From Auanema rhodensis (taxonomy: Eukaryota; Animalia; Nematoda): a stretch of 64,000 nt of DNA. The position numbers and the translations under genes were made by a program. The stretch is taken from the NCBI GenBank assembly GCA_964057225.1, contig OZ059894.1:14508001-14572000 (forward strand), in the 5' to 3' direction. Positions within the stretch are counted from its first letter, which is position 1. The number at the start of each line of letters is the position of its first letter. The notes beneath the pieces were generated by a model that ran no database searches, was not told where the DNA came from, and saw only the letters and a program-made list of their open reading frames with translations. Positions 14,008-32,000 of this stretch are shown in pieces.

Positions 14008-16698
14008 TCATGTATGCTTGACACGTTCACATTTTTGAATGAAATTTCTAAAATATAATGATTTCCCTATGAATTTCTTTAATCTTTCCAACCTGACTAT
14101 CTGGGCAAGCTCAGGAGCTAAATAAATAAATTTGTGTTTGAATTCTCGTTTGGCATCAAATTCAACATATTCTACATCTCTTCCCGCCTTTTCAGCTGAT
14201 TCCTAAATGACAAAAAAAATAAAAAGCCTAGCAACAATACAAACCGCAAGCAGCCGGCCCAATCTAGCAGGAATAACATGATCATCATCAGCATGCATGA
14301 TCAAAATTGGGCAGGTGATTCTAAGAAATTCAGATTAAATTACATCAAGAGAGCATTTTTTTTACTCAGTGATTCGTCGATCACTCTCCATTATCAAACC
14401 AGCACTTCTCAATGGGTTTACAATCACAGAATCAAACATTTTAGACGACATCCAACGAAGAGGCTTAAAGCAAAAGGAATAATAGCAAAAAAACATTAAC
14501 TTACAATACTAAAAGGATGATTTACAACAACGTCATGAAGATTATTAAACGCAGCTTCTAAAACTAAGCCATCTGGGGCTTTTCCTGCATTAGATAATTG
14601 CTGTACTAGTCTTGTGCTCACACTAAAAAAAAACAAAATTTTCATGAGAACTTTGAGATGAGCAGCTTACCCAGTTCCCATAGAATGACCCCAGATTATT
14701 AAAGTATTATCACCGATATGTTTACGGATATATTCATATACTGTACGAGTATCTGCAACTATTCCATCTTCAGTAGGACTTCCATCTGAATCGCCATACC
14801 CTGAAGAATAAATGCTGACAATAAAGAATATGGATATTGATTTTACCTCTATAATCAAAAGCAACTACATGATAATCTAATTCGCTCAAAACATTATAAA
14901 GTTCACACCGATGGCTGATTGTCCTTAAATCAAACAAAACTTATTTCATAGTTCAATCAACACGAAACCTGTCGAAAGAATTTCCATGTGCGTAAAGAAA
15001 GACCGGATATTTTTCTTGTTGAATAGTATCTTCAATTTCTTGGTCAGATGGTTGAACTCCGGTTTCTTTATATCTGTTAGATATCGCAGCAGGTAAAATA
15101 TGCCTAAATCAAAAACGAATTATCGGTGCGAGCGATAGCCAACTGTGTCCTTACCAGGTACCTAGTTTTCCTTGTTCACCGTCCAAATAAAAACTTCGTC
15201 CCACTGACTTTACACTGTTCGCAGTAACATTTTCATAATCAGTCATAGGCATACGCCCTAAAAACATTTGAAATTCAAAAATTTTCTAAAATATAACTTA
15301 CGGAAATTAAGGAAAAATAAATGTTGCATTAAATGCGGGAAGAAATAAATTAGAAGTGGTATAACCACGAATACAAGTATCAATGGCACACCTGCTACGC
15401 AGAGAGATACCTGTATCACTCTAAAAAATAAATAATTAATAACGAAATGAAAAAAAATAGATGAAATTGGTTTGTTGCTTGGTCTATTTCAAAAAAAAAG
15501 ACTCCTAATGATAATACACTGCTGGGCCCAACTAAAACACAAAACCCGTGAATGTATCGTGCAGTAATTAAACATGCAAACAAAAGTTGTGTTTGAAGCC
15601 AAAAGAGATTTTGATATGTTTGAAAACAACAAAAATAAAGTCAAATTTTCATTACTGTGTCCATGAACAAGAATATAAAAGGAATTATAAGAATTCGAGG
15701 TATATTTAGAGAAAAAAAAGGAAAATTAATAGCCATAGGTTTTAGAAATTACTTCTTGTAAATAGCTATGTTGAAAAGCACAATGCATTCTGAACAAAGC
15801 CATACTTAGTAGAAAATTGAAGTGAGCAACAATACTAATGCTAGAATAGGTTATTAATGAACAGTGAATAGAAGGCTTCAAAATAAGAAAAAAAAACAAA
15901 AACTGAAGTAATATCAAGCAATTTGTCTTGTAATGTGATACCAGGATGGAAAAACTCAATATTATATTACATCAGTAGTGTGGTAAGACTGGTAACAAGA
16001 TTATCATAAAGAACACTAATCCCATAGAGAGTAAGCTACGAATTGGATTAATCATAATCTAATAGAGAGCATAGAAGAGTAATTGAGGATGTGCACAAGA
16101 CAGCAAGTGATCAACTAAGAAAATTAAAAGCTAAATATCGGAAAAAAGGAACTTACCCTATTCCTAATACCATTGTGCTTTAGATTGGATGTGCTATATG
16201 AAGAATGTACAAGACAACACACGACAACTAAATCTAAGACAAAAATTGAAACAAAGTGTAATATGGCCATAATAAACATGGGAGAAAATTAATTGTAGGA
16301 ACAAAACCACTAACATAAGACAGAATATCTGTATTAGACATCTAACCAGTGCAAAACAGGATTTATAACATACAAAGATTAAGGAAGCAGCAAAGGAGAC
16401 GATTAAAGGACGATATAGAAAATAAGAAAAAAAGAATACAAAATACAGATACATACATAAAGGTGTACATACATATATATACAGACAAAACACGACAAGA
16501 AAGTTAGGATTATGTGTAAAATAGTTTAATCCGCAAAACTATGGAATATTTAAAGCCAAACCTCTTGGCACATTTCTTCGATCCTTTATTACCCCTCCGA
16601 CCTCTTACAGGTGGGTGACTCTTAGATGTTACAGGGCGTTCCTCAAGAGAGAGATCCAAATGATCTAAGGTAGATCTTCTCTCGTCTTGATCACACAT
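14008..16698 (-). CDS. abhd-12: ABHD12-family lysophospholipid/monoacylglycerol lipase
   Basis: N-terminal TM segment, HGN motif, GYGDSDG, nucleophile WGHSMGTG, ILHADDDH (Asp) and FKHKFIY (His); ends CERVKHT*. Confidence 0.9.
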
Positions 16699-17347
16699 TA
16701 TAGCTGTGAAATAATTTATGAATTTTGGAACGGAACAACAAAAAAATTTAAAACATATGAAAAACGGTTAAGATGATGCGACAGCATCACGTATCACATA
16801 ACGCCACATATGATCATAATCGCAAGTGGGCGGAAAATATAATCTTGTTCGTGACACCCTAGCACTTTTCGAAAAACCAGTAATTATCTCTCATTTAAAA
16901 GAATTAAACACAAACAATAGTTTGGGTGGAATTGGCTTGAAGTTATATATGTATATCTATATATAAATGTATATATCTATACGTATAAATGAATAAGTAA
17001 AATGAATCAATTTAGCCTCATGACAAACCTTTGTGATGGAGCGTAACGATTAAGCAATCTCATGCTTCGGGCGGCCTAGATTGTGTATTCTTTTAATTCA
17101 AATGCAAGTGAAGTGAAGTTAAAGAAGATAATTGCTAGGTATTGTACCTCGTATGGCTAATAAAACTGATTTTTCAAAATATTTACTAAAACGCAAGAAT
17201 TATGCACATAAACGCATTTTTTTACAGAAGTTATGCACCGTCATAAAAAAAACCAGTTTCAAATAAATATAATAATGAGGACTTCTAATATATTAAGAAA
17301 CTTGTCAGCCTATTCACACATTAACAGCAATTGGTAATATACAGACT

Positions 17348-20300
17348 TTAAACGGGCTCCATAGATACATCACCAACGAATGTTCTTTGCGAATCGCGAG
17401 AAACCTATAAAATGTTTCGAATACTATAGAGAAGAAGAAAAACAATTACCTGCTCAGCCAATGATCGCAATTCAGGGACAGTTTTTAACAAGGATAGCAG
17501 ATCATACAATTGTTGCAGATGCTCAGCTTCGGGTATTGTCTGAAAAGTTTAGTATAAACAGCGAAATGCAACTCAATATATTGACCTGAAGTGCGAACAG
17601 TACACGAATAGCTGCTCTCTTGAGTTCTTCCAACTTCTCGAGTTCTTGTTTAACAGCATTAGCTTTTGATCGTGCATTCAAGAGCTCCTGTCAAAACAAA
17701 CATTTCGGACATTGAAATTACGAAGTTACCTTAATCTTATCGCAAACAGTGTCGAGGGAAGCACGCATTTGTGTTGGACAATAATTAGCAAGACGAATAA
17801 CCGTGAGGAACGTTAAAAGCTTGATGTCTTGATGATGATCCTAAGAAGAACAATAACTGAAAAATACATGAACAGAATCTTACTTTCAATCCCTTCTCAA
17901 CATGGGAAATAAACTCTGCGATGTCCAAACGGTCTAAGCAACTTTCCAAAAGTGTATACATGCTGGAACCATGAGTTGTAAAAAAACAAATAGTCTTCTT
18001 TATACCATTCAAAAGCAGCTTTACGCAGATCAAGTCCGTCATCAACTTGATGTTTGAAAGGTCCCATCTCTACTTCTCTGATTAAACTCTTTCTAATCTC
18101 AGTTTCTGCATATACTGCAGGCAGTAATTTAGGCAATAAATCGGTGATCTAAATTTGAGGTTTTATAACAATAAAATTCTAACAATGGACCAACCAAGCT
18201 AGGCTTATTATGAGCAGCAGAGTTTAGCACAACAAGAGCTACCCTTCTAACTCCCAAATCTTCATCTGTGATTGTGCTCAAGAACAGACCTAAAGAATGA
18301 AATTCCATTTATATAATCAATTAAGCAATTACCCATAAACTCTTGAAGTTGAGAATCAATTTGTCGTTTCTCATGCGAGATCATAAACTTTACAGAAGTT
18401 ACTACACAAGCTCTTGTGGCAGCATCAGAAGAAGAAATTTCAGCTTTCAGCTTAGGTAATATGACTTCAGGAGCTACTACACACAATTTTCCCATACATT
18501 CGGAAACAACATTTCTATATTTCAAACATTATATAAATTAAGAACTTGTGATTTGTTTACCTTGTTCCCTCTTCAGAATAGTGTGCATGTTTGATAAGCA
18601 TATTCCATATTTCATCAATGCGGTCTCTAAGTAATTCCATCGAAGAGGAATCTTCTGACTCATATGCAATAACCTGTAATTTCCATAAATCAAAAACAGC
18701 TAGTGAAGTAGTAATAACTTCTTTGAGCGAATGTAATAACAGATATTGTCTTTTTGGCTCAGTTTGAATTTGGTTAAGAATAAAAGGTAGGTACTTGTTC
18801 AAGTTTCCTACAGCTAGAGCTCCAATAGCGTGAGCTGCAGCTGTTTTCAAATCCTCTTGTGCTGAGTTAAATGCAGAGAGCATCAACTGACCAGGGCTAT
18901 AAGCAAATTATGATTCAAAACTGAACAGGAAATACTTACTCGATTTTGGAGCCATCAAAGACATCAGGGCAACGTCTGCCTAATTCTCCAATAGCATGAA
19001 TACAGAACAAGCGTATTTGATCATTCGAAGCTGGATTTTGAAGTTGATCAGCCAACTTACTAACAAGAGCTCTGGCCTAAAAAATTTGTAAGTTGACATG
19101 AAATATTTTCAAAACTGACTTGAGCAATGTCATTGGTTGCCGTTGTTATAACAGCAACTACGGCGGAAATTGAATAAAAGGCTTGTCGCGGTAGATTAGT
19201 GGATTCATAAATAGGTAACGTAATGGCATCCAATAGATCCTGCCATGATATTACATGAAACTACATATGTAGAAATATTATACCTCAAATCCAGGCTTGT
19301 TTGGAATATTTGTAAGAACTAAAGATCGTACAACATCAAAGGTTGCTTGTAAAGTTGCTCCTTGAAGAAGGGCAGATTGAATAAGGAAGATCAAGGATGA
19401 TAAGATGTTCGACAGATGAGGAGCTGCTTGCTCTGGATAACGGCCCAAAGTCACTGAAATAATTAATGTGAACCAGAATTTTGAATATGAGAGTACATGT
19501 AAGACATTTCAGAGCGGCTTGAGAAATCTGAAGATCGGAATCCTTAAAAAGTGGAGAGATTTCATTCAAAATCTAAAACAATAGAATGTAAAACATATAT
19601 ATTTATAATTCCATACCAAAGATAAACCATCTGAATTCAAACCATCCACGTTCTCTGATGTGAGAAGTAGACGAATAAGATGAAGAGTTGAAAGCTTTAA
19701 AATAAATTTATCAAAGAATTAAATTATTACCAATTACCTTCAAAGCACGGTGATTTTTCTTCAAAAACTCAGCTAATAAAGGCAATATCTCCTTCGTTAT
19801 AGTACTAATACAGGACGCGTATGAAGAACCAGCAATTTCTACCAAAGCTCTGACTGCAGCAAGGCGAGTCATCTCATTACGCAACCGCTCCACGAAAACG
19901 TTGAGACAAGCCAAGACCTGAAGATAATATGTGAACATAAACCTTTTATTAACATCTCAAAATACTTTTTCGTTCATAGATGCTCCAAAGGAAGAAATAA
20001 ATAGAGCAGATGAAGCAATAGCACTTTCCTTAACATCCTAAACAAAAAGTTTTTATTTCGTTCGAAACCTTCACATTGTAGTTCAAATTCTAAAAATAAA
20101 AAAATGTTTATACCTGATCGATGTCAATGACCTTCAACTTCTCGAAAACAGCATCGAAGACCAAAATTTGTTCTTGGGGATTGCTAATTTTGAGAATTGG
20201 TACGAGCTTTCCAGCAACAATAATAGCTTCAGCAGAAACTTTATAGAAACTGTCATTGATAGATCCAATGACTAACCGAACAAGCTGCCCAATTACGTTT

Positions 20301-22501
20301 TTGAAGTCCTAGAAATCTGGTTATTAACAAATTACAACAATAACAATTAACCTCAGGATCATGAGATTTCAGTAAACAAGCAATGAAGTTAAGAGTATCC
20401 ATTTTCATTTGAGCTCCACCAGTTTTATCAGTGAGATTGGCTTCAATTCCAGACATCAAACTTTCGATACGGTTGGATAACGAATTTGGTAAAGCACTAA
20501 AACTAAGTATAAGAAAGTATATAGAAAGAAAGAGAACCGTGAGAGCTGAGATAAGAGTTCGCAACATACAAGGCGGCATTTTACAGATTTACCTTTGATT
20601 TGCTTAGTGACAGCCTAAATTAATATATTCATAAGAAAAAAATATATAGAAATTTAAATACCTTTAAGAGATTTTCTGTGTTGGAATTAACAGCTTCAAG
20701 CACAGCAAATTGCTCATTAGAAAGCTTAGTCTTAGCGAATAATGCTTCACCGATTTTTACGGCTTCTGCCGATTCTGCGTCTTCTTCGCACTGTAAAGAA
20801 TGGTTGTATAAAAATAATAAAACATGTACTCACCCATAAAGCAGATGATACATGAGGTACAAAAGAATGTGTCTGTTTCAAGAGAGCAACATAAGCATTC
20901 AAGACATCGCATCGAACATTTTCTTCTCTCTCGCGCATTCTGTTGATTAAAACAGGGCCCAAAGTTGTCAGAAAAACTTGTAACTGTTCTCGACGAGCGG
21001 CAATCTAAAAATATTTTCTCATACAATATTTGACTTTATTCTAACCATAGATTCCAAAGCTTTAGCAGCTGCTCTACGAACTTTCCAGCTCATATCATCA
21101 TCATCAGAATAGTCATCAATATTTTCCTCTTCGTCTATTAAACAAACATAATAAAAAAAATTATTAGTTAAAACCTTCAACTTCCATTGATTCATCTTCG
21201 TCCTCTTCGTAGTCTACACAATAATTAGGGTCATACGAGAGATTTTTTACAAGAATCTGAAGTATGAAATTAAATAAATTTAAATCGGTTTATTTTTACA
21301 GCTTGAATATCTGCTTCAAAAGCTGCAACTTCAGCAGGACATCTCTGATAGAATGTTTCAAAGGCTTGCATTACAGCTTCCTTTAAATCATCATCTTCTG
21401 AATCAGAATTAGCAAAACTCAAGAATAATTCAGCGACCTAAATAAAAAAAGTTTATAAAGTACTGGAATCTTTCTACATACGCTGGCAATATGAGGTGCA
21501 AAACGAGAACCACTGGATTTAGCAACATAGGTCAATGCAACAACATACGTCCTTTTTGCGCATGTAGTTTTAGCTTGATTAGCTCTACAATAGATGTGAA
21601 TATAAACACTAGCATAATAAAAACTGACTTCTCAATTAAAAGAGTTACACAATTGCTATATGATGGTGATACTGCAGTTAGATGACTGAGTGCAATAGTT
21701 CCACGCTTGCGGACAGCCTGTCTGTCTGATTCCAATTGTTGAAATAGCAAAGGATATGTCTAATAAAAAAAAAGAATACAGAGCACTGTATACTTAGAAC
21801 TACTTGCTGGTGAAGGGAATCTAGGGCACCTCCAAATCGCATTAATACATCAGATATGATGTCCAAAACTTCCAACCTTACATTAGAATTTGGTTGTGAA
21901 GAAGCTACATGATATATGTTAAGAATTATCATCAATTACCAACTTACATAGGGATCGAAGTAATTTTGGTAACAACTTTTTCATAAGAGCCACTGCTTGG
22001 GTAGAGTTATTTGAACCCAAACTTGTAACTACAGTTTTTAAAGCTAAAGAGCTGATATCCCTTTCATCTTCACCACCCTCGACTGCAGTATTCAACAGCA
22101 TGTCGATTAAAAATTCTGCCTGCAATCATACTTTTTATGATAAGGCTGTGATTTGCAAATCACCTGTGCCTCTCTGACCCGTGTAATCAATACGCCCACA
22201 AACTTTACGCAAAGATTTTGCACTTCTCCATTTTTGTCAACCAATAGTTTGGAGAGAGCTCGAATGATCTAAAGAAAAGTTCATATCAAAATTTTCACTA
22301 AAATTGAGAAAATACTTTTCTCTCAGTATCTTCATCCATTTTTAGTGAAGCGTCTTGAATCTCTCTCATAAGATCATTAACTGCCATGAACCGAAAATCC
22401 TGAAAATTAAACCATTTCCCATATTATAAACTTTTGATAACCTTATCATTAGAGCTCATCTTCTCCAGAAGACTAGCCACATGATACGCGGCAGAGGTCA
22501 T
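17348..22501 (-). CDS. cand-1: Cullin-associated NEDD8-dissociated protein 1 (HEAT repeats)
   Basis: [20 protein letters not shown]|DFRFMA; [15 protein letters not shown]; [24 protein letters not shown]; ends VSMEPV*. Confidence 0.95.
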
Positions 22502-22687
22502 GTTATCTAAGACAAAACTATGCAATGTTGATTGTTAAATGTGAAAAGTTCGATAAAAGCTGGATAGCAACCGAAAACAAGAAAATGATCGAAGCACTTT
22601 TAACGTGTATGAAATAACCGGTGTCAACAACAATAGCAACAACATTATAACAACAGGAAATAACAAAATAATAAAATCCTAAAACAT

Positions 22688-25366
<2,679 letters not shown>

Positions 25367-25767
25367 TTCAAAACCACCTGTGTTGAAATGTGATAAAAAA
25401 GATTTTTTTATTACTTCAAATAACAATGATATTTCGTGCCAGGACCTTTTACAAAGGACACTGGACTGAACAGCGAGTGTTGGTCGTAATGACAGAACAT
25501 TTGATGATAACGAGCAATGTAAAAGATATACTTTTTCAAATATTTAGCGGGTATAAAACTAAAATTTCTCGGAAATATAGGTTGTTGTTTAGTTTTATTT
25601 TTGTAGGAAGATAAATAAACATTATGGAATATTGTCCAATAATTGCTCTTTATATACAACAGAAATTGATGGTTTACCTACTTTATTAAAAATCTATAGA
25701 ACAAAGAACAAACACCTTCGAAAATGCTCTAGGCACTATATACTAATAAATAGATGAGTCTAACAGA

Positions 25768-28645
25768 TTAGTATGTAGCGCGCATTGATGTTACAGCTGC
25801 ATGAGCTAACATAAGACGGGCTATCAATAAGGTTTCTTCGTGTCTACGGGTATCCCTAATTACATCCTGCGCAATTCTGAAATGATAATATTGAGAGAAT
25901 TGTATTGCTCATCTGCTTACTCTCTAGCTGGTCCTCTAACATACTGAAGGATCTTGATAGCTTCAAGGAGTTGTCCATGTTGTACGTAGTAGGCGGCACG
26001 TCCCAATAGGGACTCGTTTGATTCAGCAATAGGATCAAACCTTAATAAACATAAATCAAATGAATTTTTTTCGAAACTTACTTATCCTTATCTGTATATT
26101 TGACAGGTAAACGAAGATGTAACAAACTACGAACATAAGAGAGAATGTGAGCGGCTAATCCACCGCCATTCTCATCAACTCCAGCAACCCTGTGACTTAC
26201 TTTGATAGCCTAGAGAAAAGGAAAAATTTTGAGAATCAGGAACTAAAGTACCTTTTCAATGCGGTTTTTCAAATCTTCTGTAGTATATTCGCCCTTAACC
26301 TTAGATTCGTCGCTGATAGTCTGTACCAAAACATTCATGAAGTCATCATCTTTGGAATGCTTCATAATGTCCTAAAAGAGGAAGTTTCAAAAATGTGCAA
26401 ATAAGATCATATACATCAAGTTGTGGCTTCAAGGGTAGACGGCGGCCCTCAATACAGCAAGAACTGCGTTTTCCATATATGATAGAATCAACAAGATTTT
26501 GAACAGCAAGCCATACTTGCTTAGATCTACGGTTATCTGCATCCTACAATATTCTATCTTAGTTTTTAATACTAATAAATTAGAAACCATAACAACTCGG
26601 TCGCTGAGAGCTTTTTCAATTCCTTCCAATTGCGATAAAGCAACTCCAAATTTAGAATAGTGAACCTGAAATAAAACTTGAAATCATATAACTTTTTTAA
26701 ACCTTACAGATCTTTCAGCCTGGACGGCTTCATCCAAATCTTTAGCATGCTCTAGATCATAAAGTTGTTTTTGGGTATGAACAATCTATATACAATTTCT
26801 ATTGCACAATTTACTAAGCGCGTTTACCATTTTGAGTTCCTTCTCGTAATTATCTTTAATAATCTGTAATTGCGCTTGAAGCTCTTGTTCACACTCTAGT
26901 TGGAAAGTTGCCAATTTATCAGTGGCTTCAGGGTTTTCTCCAGATTGCTTCGCTGACTCAAGAACTTGACTCATAGTTTCTAATTTCTTCTGTTCCAAGA
27001 GTTCTTTAACTCTCTTTTCCTCTTCCATCTTAAAGAAAGAAAATTTACCGAGAAAATAGAAAACCTCAAACCTTTTGAAGAATCAATTGTCTGTTTAGCT
27101 GATCAACTTTACGATGAGCGTGAATAAGCACCGCACCAACTTGATCTTCTTTCATTTTTCCTACTTCGACATCCCAGTCAGCATTAGGAATCATGGCCCT
27201 AATAAAGGCGACTTTTTAAACCTAGAGGATAAAATCTTACTTAAGTTCGGATGTGAATTGTTTTCTGCCTTCTTCGACTAAATGGGCATACTCACGAATA
27301 AGAATACCATCGCTTACGACCTATAACAATCATTAAAGCATTTATTTAAACTTTATAAAAACTTTATTGAGCTTCTCAAATTTTTCGGCTAACTGATTTG
27401 TGAGTTTATCAAGGGTATGCTCAGCTAATTTAAGAAGAGCATTATCAGCAGTAGTCTCTCCTTGTGAACCGAGTTCAATTATCTATATATATAGTTTTAA
27501 AACAAACATAAGTTTATAAAAACCTTAGCAAGCTTCTCAAGTTCTGCACGAGCGGCTTTTTCAGCTTGCATGTCGTCGGCTCTCCTAATCTCAGTTTCCT
27601 TATGAGCATGAACAAGTGAATCCAAATTAGCGTTTGGTCCAGCATCAATAGTTTCCTTTAAATTTTTTCAAATATTAATAGCTCAAAAGGTATACCCTAC
27701 CTTCATAACTTTTGAATGTTTTTCTAACGAGCTAATACTTAAATCTTTAGCGTTGGTGGCATCGCTAACTTTACTACCAGCGCTTGCAAGAGCAACTTTC
27801 AAATGCTGTACAAGAGCTGAGAAATAAATTGTAGAATTCCCGGAAAAACCATATTATCACATACCTTTATTTTTCTTTTCAGCATCATCAGACCCAAGGT
27901 ATGGGTTTTCTGGCTTCAAGATAGATTTGATTGGTAATACTTGTTTGGATGAGTCTGCTCCAGATTCCGGTAGAGGCTAAAACAAATCAGTTCACTGGGG
28001 TAACCAAAGAGTGAAAAAAAACAGTTTCATCTATATTGGGGCTATTGTTATTATTTTTCTTTTCGTTTCTCTTGCTAGGTAATAGAATCTGATTATAACG
28101 CTATACCACGATAATAAAAAAATCCGAAATACCTTAATTTTATCAGAAGGAGCAAATGGAGACGGAACAACTAATGCATGACTATAAATAAAATCATATT
28201 TATATATAAAAAATCCTTGTAATTGTGTCACCTGCTATCTCCCAAAATAGACTTATAGAGTGGAGCAGTAAATGGGAAGTTGCTTTCAACATTTGCACGG
28301 AAAGAAGGATCAACGTATGAATAAAGCAAAACTCCACCAGCACCAGCTACCCCAAGTCCAGTTGTGGCTACAAGAAACTTGCCTCTGAGAAACACTACTA
28401 GTAAAAATATCAAAATGGGAATAAAATTTACCCTCCACCACCACCGCTGCGAGGGGGGTTAGTGTGATTGAATTTCTTTTGATTTTTCAAATTTTGTACA
28501 ATCGGGCTAACCACATTAACTGATGAACGGCCCTGAAAAATAATGGTATATGAGAAAAAAGTTTATCTGTGAAAATCATTGAAATCATTTCTAAAAAGTT
28601 AGAGAAATGGAAAATCTTGATTACCTTTCTGCTGATGTTTAACAT
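25768..28645 (-). CDS. immt-1: MICOS subunit MIC60/mitofilin
   Basis: MLNISRK presequence-like start, TM segment TTGLGVAGAGGVLLYSYVDPSFR, long coiled coil, and a mitofilin C-terminus (LIAHAHRKVDQL.., ETLLIARLMLAHAAVTSMRATY*). Confidence 0.88.
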
Positions 28646-29086
28646 TACAGCTCCTTTTCTGTTAAACACCAGAAGCCTGAAAATATAAAAGTCGAGTACA
28701 TCAAATTATTTAAGAAAGGGTTCAAGATTTTAGGAAACAAATCACTTGGAAATAGACTGAACCTAATGTTAAAACATTGTTTTTTCAGAGAAGCTATTGA
28801 GTCGTGTTATTTTTAACATGTACTTAACATTACCGCACAAGTTTCTTAACATAACTTCTTCAATCAAAATTACAAAGTTTCATGCTCGAACAGTAAACAA
28901 ATTTTTTCTTATAACAATACCAAGATACACTGATCCGTCATTTCACGTCTTTTACGTTTAACGGCAATTTGCGTATGCAGAAAACCATTATTACCCCCCT
29001 AGAAAACCCACGTCAGAATTGATCAAGCTGGCTGAATAAGTTGATTGGTTTATTCATCGGGAGATACTGATCATCCCTTGGCCATT

Positions 29087-32000
29087 ATGGGTCGAACTGG
29101 GAATAAAAATCTTCTTTTTGGTCTACTTATTTTATCCTTTGTTTTTGTGAGTTTATTCCTTTACACAAATTTGGACTCTGGTTCACGAAATGAAGCTATC
29201 AGCAGAGCGGTAAGAGAAGTGAAAAATTAAAATAAGTATTGAGTTATTTCAGGGAGAGCTAAATGCTTTGAAGCATCAAGTAGAAGAAATGAACAAACAG
29301 CTTATTGAGAATCGAAAAACAATGAAGAAAATGGAAGATGAATTGGAGCAAGCAGAAAAGCTTAGTAAAAGAAAAAAAATAGGTAATCATTATATTTAAG
29401 TTGTCATTCCTTTACTTCAATTTTGTTAAAGAAAACGAAAATATTGTTTACGATGAAAAAGCGGAAGCTGAAGCTGAACTAGTGAAAAATGTAGATCAGT
29501 TACAAGGAGATGCCGATCATAAAGCTGTTGAAGATGAACACGGTAATCGATATTGCTGTCCTTAACATTATACTTTTGTGCTCAGATCCGAAGCAAGTAA
29601 TTGCTGAACCTGTTTTTCACAATAAAGTTGCTGCTGTACATAACAGTAAAGTGGCTATCAGTCGTGATGTTTGTCGTCTCGCATCAAATTATTCTCACGC
29701 TCAATCGGATTTACAAGTGATAAAATACCAATAACTTTTCATAGAATTTTTTTTCTTAGATGCTGGACATTTATGATATTTTGGCATTTGATAACCCTGA
29801 TGGCGGTGTTTGGAAGCAAGGATGGGAGGTAAGATTTTGTGTCTAAGTTTCGTATTAATCTTCAAGTTTGCAGGTTAACTATACCCCCGCGGAAGAAAAG
29901 GACAATTATTTGAGAGTAATAGTTATTCCACATTCTCATTGTGATCCTGGTATGATGAACTAATTTTAATCTTGTTTCTTTTCTTATGCAATCTTTTATT
30001 TATTGATTATTATAGGCTGGATTAAAACCTATGATAACTATTATGCAGATCAGGTTAGAGATATTTTATCTGGGATGACTCGTCATTTGACGGCTAAGGT
30101 ATTTTGTATCTCTTGTTTTTGTAAATTATGGTTTTGTTAAAGAAAGACATGAAATTTATATATGCCGAGATGTCGTTCTTTGAAACATGGTGGAAAGAAC
30201 AAACTCCAGAAGTACGAGAGACTGTTAAAAAGTTTGTTTAATACCATTATAATGGAAGTAATACCGAAATTGTAGATTGCTTAAAGATGGTCAGTTTGAA
30301 ATTGTAACAGGTGGATGGGTAATGACAGATGAAGCTAATTCTCATTTCTATTCTATTATCACTGAGTTATTTGAAGGCCATGAGTGGTTAAAAAATAATG
30401 CTGGTATAATTTGCAGTAAAATTTTCTTAAACCGTTTAATATGCAGAATTTAAACCCAAATCTCATTGGTCCATTGATCCTTTCGGACTTTCACCTACTT
30501 TACCCTACCTTTTGTCTGCTGCTAATATCACTGATGCAGCCATCCAAAGGTTTCTTATATAAACAATAATATTATTATTTTATTTTTATACAGAGTTCAT
30601 TATTCCATCAAGAAACATTTTGCTAAAAATAAACAACTTGAGTTTATGTGGCGCCAGCTTTGGGGTAGTAAAACAGATGTTAGAACTCATATGTTCCCCT
30701 TCTATTCGTATGATATTTCTCACACTTGTGGCCCAGAACCAAGGGTTTGTTGTCAGTTTGACTTCAAGTTTGTTGGTATATTTAGTAATTTGTTATTATG
30801 GGTTTTATAGTCGCTTACCTGGCGGTGGGCATACATGTCCTTGGAATGTACCTCCTCAAAAAATTGGAGATCATAATATTCGAGAGAGGTAATTGTTTTA
30901 TATATTGACTTTATTATTTATAGTTTTTAGAGCTTTCATGATTTATGATCAATATCGAAAGAAGAGCCAACTTTATAAAACTAATGTGTTACTAGTTCCC
31001 CTTGGTGACGATTTTAGGTCTTTTTTGCGCTTTTAACGTTTTTTGAATTTCATTCTTTAGATATGCTACTGATTTTGAATGGACAGAACAATACGATAAC
31101 TATAAAAAACTTTTCGATTTTATGAATTCAGAAAAGCAGTGGAACGTTAAAGCCTCGTTTGGTACATTATCTGATTATTTCAAACTTCTGGATGAAGAAT
31201 TGGCGAAAACAGATTCAAAGTTGCCCACCTTAACTGGAGACTTCTTTACTTACGCTGATCGAGATGATCATTACTGGAGTGGTAAAATTCGAATGTTTAT
31301 TATTATTATTGAATATTTTATTTAGGTTATTTCACTTCTCGACCTTTCTACAAACAAATGGACAGAATTCTTCAACACTATCTCAGATCTGCGGATATTG
31401 CATATACTCTCTCGCAAATGAATGGATTTGATACAAAGGAAGTAAGAAAAAAAATTATTGAAAAAAAAATTTTTATGTTTTACACTACTTTTGAAGGTGT
31501 TTGATGATCTTGTTCGGGCAAGAAGAGCTCATTCTTTGTTCCAACACCACGACGGAGTCACTGGTACTGCTAAGGATGCAGTCGTTATAGATTATGGACA
31601 GAGGTAAATTTTATATAAAATAAAATAAACTATTTTTGTTGTTTAGGATGTTGGATGCATTATATTTTTGTGAAAAAGCTCTGTCAAAAAGTTTAGGGTT
31701 GCAACTTGGAATTTCGTCTCAATTGTCAATGCATGAAATCCGTGAAGAACAAGATCTACTCCCTACTCCACGTGTTTTTCAGAATGGAGAGTAAGCTAAA
31801 TATATTTGAACATGTATTTGATTAGTGTTATTTAGTGCCGCTGTTATATTCAATTCTTTGTCCAAGCTTAGAACCAGTCCAATTTGTATAGTCGTTTCCA
31901 GCAGTAACCTTGTTGTTGAAGGAATCAAATCTGTAAGTTGAATAAGTCACTGTTATTACTTTTTCTTTTTCAAATAATGTTCGAAATTGTTTAATTACCG

